DNA of 64,000 nucleotides from Tubulanus polymorphus (lineage: Eukaryota; Animalia; Nemertea). Made by a program: the position numbers and the translations under genes. The stretch is taken from assembly GCF_964204645.1 (NCBI RefSeq), contig NC_134031.1, positions 186,001 to 250,000 of the forward strand, in the 5' to 3' direction. The notes below the pieces were generated by a model. That model saw only the letters and a program-made list of their open reading frames with translations. It did not search any database and was not told the origin of the DNA. This document shows, piece after piece, positions 1 to 10,429 of the stretch; positions within the stretch are counted from its first letter, which is position 1; each line of letters begins with the position of its first letter.

Positions 1-164
1 AGCATTCGAGTCACCGATGATTGGTTTAGAGAAACTTCTCCTGAGGAAACCACAGCAACAGCAGCAGCAGGTGCAACAATCGGCAACAATGAATAAATCA
101 CATGATTAACGCGATACTTTCCTCCTGCGGACACCGAGCACCAAACATGACACATTGACGTCGT
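1..164 (-). CDS. Possible exon of a neighbouring minus-strand gene running off the window edge
   Basis: Minus-strand acceptor-like ttataattatctgtAG precedes 164. An ATG at 155 opens a frame to the edge (MCHVWCSVSAGGKYRVNHVIYSLLPIVAPAAAVAVVSSGEVSLNQSSVTRM). No homology recognised. Confidence 0.25.
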
Positions 165-1357
165 CTACAGATAATTATAATTATAATCATGTGATATTTA
201 TAAATGTAATTTACATATTTTAATAATCATTCGTTTATGACAAAAAAATGCAAATCAGGGTCAATTTTTAAAATGTGTTTTTAATGAATCATGAATATAT
301 TGATGTGTTTTGGAAATTATATGAATATTTGAATATTATTTATAGATTCGACTAGGCTTAGTAAGGATCAAAATAAGATTAGTTTGGAGGGAGGATTGAG
401 GGAATGTTGTATTATGGTAATTTGAATAATGTTTGGATATTTTGAATAATTGATAATTGTGAGATGGTAAGGGAGGGAGGGCAGAAGTTTTAGAATCACT
501 TTATATTATCACCAGAGTTAATATTATTTCACCTCAATATTAAATATTATAAAATGGCTTCATTTAATCAATGATTTATTTAATGATCTAATTTTCGAGT
601 GAATTCAATTATTATCAGATTTCTAATTTTGGCTGTCGATCGTTTTGTTAATTGTGATATCATGTATTGAAATGTTTGAATTTGATGAATAAAATAAACC
701 TGACAGTTTTTACTACATAATTATAACTTATTGTCAGTCTGGTTAAATTGAATAAGGAGAGTTCTTTGAAGACGTCCCCGGTCCAGCTGGGTCGACTCCC
801 GCGCCAGCTCTAGTTCGGTTCAGCTCAGAAGTCCGCCGGCCCAGACAGTACGGGTTAGCTCAGTCACTGAGCTCTGCTCTGCCAAGTTGGATGCAAATTG
901 CTAGGAAAAAACCCTAAATCAAACCAGATCTATTAATCAGATAGTTAATGGAGACAAATATATCAAAAAGAGAAATATCCAATGCTGTCCGGCCCGCTTT
1001 TTTTATTTTTGTCCGGTTCGTTGCCACAATCAATTCCGTTACTCAGTCCGCGCATCCTCCTGCCATCTTGCGGCAAATCAGTGAACTAACTCGTAAACAC
1101 GGAAGTGAAAAGTTGGAAAAACAACCGAGAAAAAGTTTTTAAAAGTTTGTTACTTGGTAGAGAATTGCTTTAACTTTAGTAAACGGGTGGAATAGTGTGG
1201 ATGAGTGGATAGCGATGTGTTTTATTCGCTGAGATTGAGACCGGCTCCGAAATATGCGCGCTACACACGGAAAAAGTTCGTTGACATTTTTTGAAGAAAA
1301 GGCGAAAAAGCCCAGATTTCTTGACAACTGATAAGATTAAATGAATTCTGAGGTAAA

Positions 1358-3025
1358 ATGTCTGGAGATGATAAAACTGGGACTGGTACAGCTCCTCACG
1401 AGGGCAGCAGTAGAGCTGTGCCTTGTACAGCTCCTCACGAGGGCAGCAGCAGAAATGTTCAAGATTTAGTGAAGAAATTCTCTTCAGAAACAGATATCTA
1501 TGAAGATGATAAATTAACGACGTCAACATTTAAACAACAACAAATCAAATATTCTACTACAACAATAGAAACCAGTAGTACTAGTACTACATTCATCGGC
1601 ACGGCAACCAGATTAGGATCTCCGCAACAATCGATAAGACGACCGTATAAACAACATTCAATCGGTAGTATCCGTAGAAAGTTTGAGAACTCAGCAGCAG
1701 CCTGGGACCCAGCCCGCGACGCAGCCCGCAGCCCAAGGGCTGATTTACCATCTACCAGTACAGTTGTTAAAAATCAGACAACCACAGAAACGAGGAGTAC
1801 AGAGATATCAAGTGTAGCAGAGGTAGCTGAAAGCAGTCAGGTGCGCACTGTACTTGTTGAGGTAGCTGATAGTCTGAGTCAGGTACCCACTGAGACAACT
1901 GAAAGGAAGCAGGTGCAGGTGCCTGCTGATAACTCTTCAAATCGTAAATCTATTGACCTAATTCCAAATAAAAGTTTTTTACATTTCTCAAAACCGAGAC
2001 TGACTCCAAAACCAAATATAGAGAAACAGAAAGTAAATCAGAATAGCGACGCTTGTGAATATTCTCTAGAGCGGATAGTTTGGGAATCCCCGGAGTGTAG
2101 AAAAGGGGAATCCCCGAAGCAAATAGTTGGGGAATCCCCGGAGGAAGATGAGTTATACACAGATGCGACTAGTTATCTGATAACTGATGATATTTACAGT
2201 GATGCAACAAGTTTAACAATTCCCGGACTATCGAGTTTAGGGGACGAAAACCTTGAAATATCTTACGCAGATAATGTCAAGAGTGAAGAGGAAGGAAGCT
2301 GCTCCAGGGAGGAGGAGGAAAAGAGCAGCTCCAAGGAAAAGGAGGAAGATTACTATGAAATAGTGAAACTAAGAGAACAAAATAAAACTCAGTTGATAAA
2401 AAGTGAAGATAAAAATGAAGAAGAGAATGAAGAGGATATATATGATGATGTAATTATTGGTGAACTGATTCCTGCTGAAGGTAAACAGAATCGTTATTTA
2501 GATTCCTGATGTTCAGATTCATTGATTCAGTTTGTGATTGATTCATTGTGTTTGTGTGTTTAATAGAATCCACTGAAACTGGAGAAAACAATGAAGTTCG
2601 GAGGAAATCGTTTACCGGAGGGCTCCGGAAAAAAAAATTCGGTTCGAATCGTAGAAAAATGTTATCAACTCAAAGCGAACCAACGCAATCAGTAAGTGAA
2701 TCGGAGAATCAGTGATTCATTGATTGATGAATCTGTATGTAAGTCCGTAAATATAATCTGTAAAATCTCTGCACACTAGGAATAATTACTATAGGGTGTG
2801 AAATGTTTCCTAAAGCTTTTAGTTTATTCTACGTTTCAACTATATTCCTGTCATCTTCAGGAATACTTCTTTGGAGACCGTTGACAATCTAAGTCCGTGT
2901 TGTAAAGATAAATCCCTGCACGATGAGAAATGAATTTGAAATGTTTCATGGACCTCTCTGATAACACAGGGGCTCGTATTAGAATTTTGTGGGTGAACCG
3001 TAGGTTAGATCATCCATTATCCCTG

Positions 3026-3092
<67 letters not shown>

Positions 3093-6000
3093 ATAGTACC
3101 AGGGATACTATGCTAGGGACAACAGTTCACCTCCAAACTTCTAATGCGAGCCCCTGTGACTGATAATAAATACTCAATAATTGCTAGCACATTATAACTA
3201 GCTAGAAATACTTGCTCAACTCAAGGAAACATTTCAAATTTTTGTATCACGAATCTGCTGTATTTGTTCCAGGATGAAGAAAGTTTAAGTTCTGACGATG
3301 GAGAGTATGAACCTGTTGATGTCGTTCCCATGACGATCGCTCAGCTAGCAGACGTTACTCCGGATGAACAGATTTACTCCGATGTAATTTACTCCGACTC
3401 CGTGACGCAATTAAACAACAATCGATCATCATCCACGGCGACAATTATTGATAAACTCACGGCTAAACATCAATTTGATTCATCGGAGAAAAAATCAAAA
3501 ACGTCCTGGTTCATGAGTCGATTTATGAGAGGTGATATAAACTCATCGAGTTCCAGATCGACTGGTATAAACTCATCGAGTTCCAGATCGACTGATATAA
3601 ACTCATCGAGTTCCAGATCGACTGATATAAACTCATCGAGTTCCAGATCGACTGATAAAAACTCATTGAGTTCAGAGACTGAAATACTGAGTAAAACTCG
3701 AAGTTCATCTGTGCCAAATATATCTCCATCAGTTTCACCTCGATTGGATCATCATACAGCTCCAGATCAGTCCCCTTCTTCACCCCCTGATCAGCCCCCT
3801 TCTTTACCCCCTGATCAGCCCCCTTCACCCCCTGATCAGCCTCCCTGTTCACCCCCAGATCATTCCCCTTCTTCACCCCCTGACCAGTCATCTGATCAGC
3901 CCCCCTGTTTGCCCCCTAGAGGTGCCCTAACTGCTGAAAATAGCCCAAAACTTCCACCCCGTAAATCTAGTCCTGATGCATCTCCACTGGACATCAGTCC
4001 GATAACGACCCCGTGTGCGGGAACCAGTCCGAGCGGAACTCTACGTTCAGGAGGAACCAGTCCGATCCCTCCACTTCGGCGACCTAGAACATCGGATATT
4101 ACATCAAATACACTAGTGCCCCCTAGTGGTGGTTTAAATAGGTTAGTACTACATGGTTTATCTCTGTCTGTCTCTGTTTGTCAGATATAAATCTATAATA
4201 TTTGAATTTATTACAGCTGTTTTAAACTATTGGTGGCTGGTTATAGATGAATGTAAGGCTCAATGTTGCATGTTGTTTTATCATCACAGTGTGTATTCTG
4301 TTGTATTTACTGTGCAGGGTCTGGGATCGATACGAGATTTTTGTAATTAATTTATTCTGGAACAGTGAAATAGATCTCTCAGAATCCAGATTCTTGTGTT
4401 AATATTAGTTATACTTGTTTTGCATGATGATTTAGTATTAAACACTGTAGTGAGACTCAGTTTAATGTGTCCGTCCATACTGTAGTGAGACTCAGTTTAA
4501 TGTGTCCGTCCACACTGTAGTGAGACTCAGTTTAATGTGTCCGTCCACACTGTAGTGAGACTCAGTTTAATGTGTCCGTCCATACTGTAGTGAGACTCAG
4601 TTTAATGTGTCCGTCCACACTGTAGTGAGACTCAGTTTAATGTGTCCGTCCACGCTGTAGTGAGACTCAGTTTAATGTGTCCGTCCATACTGTAGTGAGA
4701 CTCAGTTTAATGTGTCCGTCCACACTGTAGTGAGACTCAGTTTAATGTGTCCGTCCACGCTGTAGTGAGACTCAGTTTAATGTGTCTCTTTCACCTGAAG
4801 AGTTGCACTGTTTACTGGTTTCAACATGCATGTTATATCAGGCAGATAATTACGGCTTATTTTGTTCATATTTCGTTTGGTTTTATATTTGTGAATTGAC
4901 ACAACTGACTGTTGATTGGACTGGATTAGCTAAATACTAGTTTTTGATAATCTGTAGTGAGAAGAGGATCTCCAGCACCAGCAGCAGCAGCAGTACTGGT
5001 ACCGGTACCGGTAATATTGATATGTTATATTTATCTCCACCAGTTCCACCTAAAACCAGTAAAACCAGTGAGTTTTCCATCTTAATTAATATTAATCATC
5101 AAACTCTGAATTACATATCGTATAATTTGTGACCCAACTATTTCAGGGCCGTCGCTGAATAGTGTGCCACTAGCTCCATCTATAGTTGGTAAGTTAAACC
5201 TCTACGTCTATCTGTCTCCGTGTACACTATAGGGTTACGATATATGATTGTGTTTGGATGTTTCAGTAGATGAAAGATTATACTATGTTCCACCTGATGG
5301 AGGAGTATCGGTATTTGTTGATAAACATGGATATATTGATATGGATCAACAAAAACCCGACAATGATGAATACCTGGACATGTGTGGAGCAGGTCGACAG
5401 GCTGATGAGTACCTGGACATGTCTGGAGCAGGTCGACAGGCTGAAGAGTACCTAGACATGTCTGGAGCAGGTCGACAGGCTGATGAGTACCTGGACATGT
5501 CTGGAGCAGGTCGACAGGCTGAAGAGTACCTAGACATGTCTGGAGCAGGTCGACAGGCTGAAGAGTACCTAGACATGTCTGGAGCAGGTCGACAGGCTGA
5601 TGAGTACCTAGACATGTCTGGAGCAGGTCGACAGGCTGAAGAGTACCTGGACATGTCTGGAGCAGGTCGACAGGCTGATGAGTACCTAGACATGTCTGGA
5701 GCAGGTCGACAGGCTGATGAGTACCTGGACATGTCTGGAGCAGGTCGACAGGCTGATGAGTACCTAGATATGGATCAACAATCAAAACTGAACAACAATA
5801 AACCGATAAATCTCCATGGCGACGATGGTTATATCGATATGGATGAAACGGTCAGGAATAAACACAACAGGTGGCGCTCATATCTATATTACTAAAACTA
5901 AACCGATTGATTTTAGACACTACAGTGTTTTAATTGAATGTTTATAATGTTACAGCGGGAGCAGTGAGGATTATATACATCCTGAATGTATCAACAATAA

Positions 6001-9000
6001 ACAACCGTTATCTCCGACGGCAACCACTCAACGTCCGTTTACCGGTATCTGGTCGATGCCTAAAACAACTGCACCAGCTGCTGCGGCTGTGCATGATCAA
6101 CAATATCTAGAAATAGTAAGTTGTACATGTGTATTTACAAATCTTTATTCTTTACGTGTATCTGTGTGATACATGTATCTGTGTGATACATGTATCTGTA
6201 TCTGTATCTGATTTATAGATTAATGATGTAAAGAGAATCAAGAGAACGTCGCGGTATCAGTCTAAATTCGGTGAGAGGGCACCGCTGTATCAGATGTATC
6301 ACGAAGACTACAGCACGCGGAAAACTCTAACGCGTCGTCCAATCAGTGAGTACCTCTCTCTCTCTACAGTGCTGCCACCTTTAATATCATCGTGCTGCCA
6401 TCTATATATCTATTATAGATTTAAAACCATCTGGTCTGATATCTGACAATTCAATTTACACCGACCCGACAATACTAGTTACTCCTGGATTACCAGTTAC
6501 TCCTGGATTAGACGATTACGACGACGTCAGTTCTAGCGATTCAGATGATTATCAATTAACTCCTGATTTAAATAAATCCACGTCTAGCGCCGATAGATTC
6601 TCTAAATGTACCGGATCAGGGTTACGTACATTATGGGCCGAGATGCCCGAGGTAGGTATAATCGTATTTAATTCGGAGTAATCGCTTGGTGCTGATTGAG
6701 TGAGGTTTAATCCCGGTTTATATTATACTATCAGGTGAAGAGCAGCGGAGTATTAACGAGTGTTGATTCGGTAAAACGTAAACTCCAGGAGTCGATGTTT
6801 GAAGTGATAACATCAGAGGCGTCTTATCTAAAGAGTTTACACATATTCCTCAATGTATTCATGTGTTCTAATGAGTTCTCTAACGAGCGTTCGTATTCCT
6901 GTATCATCAATCAACGAGATCGACACGTTTTATATTCTAATATCATCGCTGTCATGGAAACCAGTGAACGGTTCGTATTGTTAAAACCGGTTTGAATAAT
7001 CCGTCGAAGAATCCATATTTGATTTATATCGATTTACATAATTTTACAGCTCAGTACATGTTATTGCTATGCTAATTCAATGTGATTTTGATGTCAACCT
7101 CTTGTATAATGATGTAATTGTTTTATTTGCAGAATGTTGTCAGATTTAGAAACGAGATGGATAAAGGAGAATCCGGTATTATCGGATGTCTGTGATATTA
7201 TCTGTGAACACGCCAGTAAACATTTTGATGTTTATATTAAATATTGTACGAATCAAATTTATCAGTTACGAATTCTGGACAAGTTGATGTAAGTAGCAGC
7301 AGTCTGATGTCTGATGATTTAACACAATGTCTGATGATGTCTGATGATGTTACGCGATGTCTGATGATGTCTGATGATGTTATGCGATGTGTGATGATGT
7401 ATGAAGTATGGGGAGTTAATGTGTGTTTTGTCCTATATTTTAGGGATGAAAGTAAAGTATTTGCGGAGACGGTGCGCAGGTTACAAGCTCATCCCGATTG
7501 TCAGTTTCTACCGCTCAGATCATTTCTAACATTACCGATGCAACGGATTACTCGCTTGCCACTGCTGATAGATGCCATACTGAAGCGCACGACAGAAGGA
7601 ACGTCATTGTTTGAATCGGCCAGTAAAGCATTTCAAATTGTACAAAATGTAAATAGATTCAATTCTAATGTTGTGATAACATTGAACTCTGAGTTAAAAA
7701 CAAGTTTATTTTCCATGAATTAACTCTGAATCAAATCATGTTCTTGTATCTATTACTCAGAAGGTATCAATCTTAATGATACCTTGATACTAATTCGTAA
7801 GCAGTGTTTGAATGTTTAAACTGGATTTATTTATATATATTGTGTAGATTGTTCTACAATGTAACGAAGGAGCTCGAAGCATGGAACGCATGGAACAAAT
7901 GCTCGAAATTGATAAACAGCTTAACTTTTCCAAACAAAAGGTAAAAATTGACACGAAATCTTTAACAAACTGATGCTAATAATTCTGTAATTGCGATACT
8001 GAATTCTGTAATGATTTATATCGTTTAGATGATTCCATTGATTTCTTCATCGAGATATCTGATAAAGAAAGGAGAAGTCACTCGAATTCTTACCGAACAA
8101 AGATCGAAATTTGGAAGTTTATTAAAGAAATCAACGCGTACCATTCATCTGTTTCTGTTCAATGATTTACTCGTTATTGCTACCAAGAAAAGGTCGGTAT
8201 CAATGTGGCTGTTACTATAGATTCCTATCAATGTGGCTTCTTCTTATAATATCGTCATCCAATAACTTCATAGATATCGCTATTCAATTCAATTTGTTCA
8301 TTTCAACAATAACAACTACAGTTGTGATCCTTCAAGATGGCTACCTCCATCCTTTGTGACATGGTTATATGTCTTATGTGTCCTGCTCTTTTTTCAAGAT
8401 GTCTGCCTCCGTGATTCCCCCTATGACATCACACTGTGTTTTATTGTATATTTCAGCGAGGAGTCGTATTTAGTATTTGATTATTGTTCGCGTATATCTC
8501 TACACACTGAACTCATTGATGATCCCGTTAATGATCCACGTCTGCCGAGCCATCTACCGAGTAACTGCACCGAGAATCTGTTTATTCTCGTGTTACTGGA
8601 GAATCACGACAATAAAACTGTAGAATTCATCGTCTCCGTCCCGAGCCCGTAAGTTTTATCACTGTTACCTCCCCCCCCCCCCCCCCCCGTCGATCCCGAC
8701 CCTGACTCTAACCGACGTGTCTGTTGTTCGTTGCTAGGAGCGACCGAGCGAGATGGATCGAAGTTTTATCTCCGGCTGAAGAGGAGAATGAGGATGAGAA
8801 AATCTATGAAACGTGGGGTAAGATTCTATTGTTAATACGAATAGTGTTCGTTGTAGAATATGAATAATAGGTGGCTCTGTATGTTATAATTGATAGATTG
8901 TCCTCAAGTTCAAGCTGTTTACTCTTATGAGGCTCAACAACCGGATGAGATCGGTCTAGAACCATCAGACGTCATTAAAGTTCATAAAAAGATGGCTGAC

Positions 9001-9724
9001 GGTGAGTAGATTGTGACCGGTCCTGTCCAAATCCTCGTTTTAGTTTTAGTTTCCTAGCCATCTCATCCTCGCTTGCCAGGGTTTGTTTGCCTGCTGCAGC
9101 TCACTTTGTGTTTGTATGAGCTTGTGAGGGAGGCACCCCTGGCGAGGGATTTCGAGATCGGGGCTAAACATAAATTGATTCTATCCCTGATATAATTTAC
9201 AGCAGAATAAGAAATCCCAGGGGTAGGTTGTAAAATATATACCTCATTTACTTTTATCACTGCATGGAATTTGTCTAAATAAATGAAATCGAAAATTCTC
9301 TGATTTCAGGAAGATTTTACACATTTTTCTTCATGATTTGAATATAATATGCAAATATTTTATCCATCTTTGAATTAATGATATTCAAATGAACTCCACC
9401 TGTTTCAACACCCCCTGACAAAACCACCTCCCACTTCCCTTTTTGTTACCTCCCTCTCCATCTTATTATATTATTTGTTCAACATCTAACTACTGAAAAT
9501 TTACAATTTTAGTCAAAGTAGAACTGGAGATATATTAAGATATTGATTGTGTGTGTTATCTAGGTTGGTTTGAAGGAGAAAGAATCCGCGATGGTCAGAG
9601 AGGTTGGTTCCCTTCGAATTACGTCACAGAAGTCTCCAATCCGCGGCAGCGCAGACGCAACCTCGTTCAGAAACATCGTCTGCTTAACTTGGCAATGAGC
9701 CATTTAAATACTAAATATTCTTAG
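1358..9724 (+). CDS. Ephexin/SGEF-family Rho guanine nucleotide exchange factor (DH-PH-SH3; ARHGEF26/ARHGEF16/NGEF-like) with a long disordered N-terminus
   Basis: In-frame GT-AG exon chain: 1358-2480, 2567-2691, 3273-4141, 4958-5067, 5147-5188, 5267-5870, 5956-6115, 6219-6345, 6419-6651, 6735-6970, 7133-7288, 7444-7648, 7848-7940, 8029-8192, 8457-8648, 8738-8817, 8897-9001, 9564-9724 (TAG). Ephexin hallmarks: LYQMY, LWAEMPEV, KLQESMFEVITSEASYLKSL, SFLTLPMQRITRLPLL, CNEGARSMERMEQM, PH domain (LISSSRYLIKKGE, LFLFNDLLVI), SH3 domain (DCPQVQAVYSYEAQQPDE...DGWFEGERIRDGQRGWFPSNYV). The N-terminal exons rest on frame and splice signals only. Confidence 0.93.
2965..3158. mobile_element. MITE-like foldback element with central (TA)n
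   Basis: Terminal inverted repeats cacaggggctcgtattagaattttgtgggtgaac / gttcacctccaaacttctaatgcgagcccctgtg. An inner inverted repeat tatccctggtac...gtaccagggata flanks a (TA)n tract. Confidence 0.7.
4443..4785. repeat. 35-bp intronic minisatellite, about 10 copies
   Basis: Unit cactgtagtgagactcagtttaatgtgtccgtcca. Confidence 0.95.
5365..5772 (+). repeat. Coding 39-bp tandem repeat encoding (D/E)EYLDMSGAGRQA; 11 YLDM motifs
   Basis: Tyr codons every 39 nt from 5371 to 5761, inside exon 5267-5870. Confidence 0.95.
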
Positions 9725-10429
9725 ACGTTGGTCAGGATCCAGTTCTACAGTTGTGGGTCCAGTTTCTGTGATTTAGGTTTAACTGAGTTAAAATCATTTA
9801 ATTGTTATAACTGCGAAGTGAAATCCTGTAGGGTTCTCCTGTTGGGTTTTCCTGTAGGGTTCTGTTGGGTTCTCCTGTAGGGTTCTCCTGTAGGGTTCTC
9901 CTGTTGGGTTCTCCTGTAGGGTTCTGTAGGGTTCTCTGAGTAGAGATCAGGATGTTTGTTCTGTTTATACATACATGTACCGTATATAGGCCGATCCTCA
10001 CATACAAATATTTATTGATTTGTTATAAAATGTATTAAAGTCTAAATAATTCGAATCAATTGTAATTAATTTATCTCTGAAACTATTGATGAAAGTATTA
10101 ATGTTATATTGTGATAAACATTGATTAAAGATGTATAAATATAGATATTATTGTAATGTATGGGGGATTGGGGTGAGAGGGGAGGGGGGGGGTTGAATGC
10201 CCCACTGTAATCTATGGGGGGAGGTGGGTTGATTGTTTTGGAAACAGTAATTCAAATTGATCCTAGGTTCAAACCCAGTATATTTTGTATATTTTTGAAA
10301 TCTATTCAAATCTATTTTAAAAAATATTTCTAGATTTTTCTATTTTAGATTTAAGTATTATTAATTTGCACTTTGTGTGTTTTATATTGGATGATTTTAT
10401 AAATAAATTCTAAATACATTTCAATTGTT

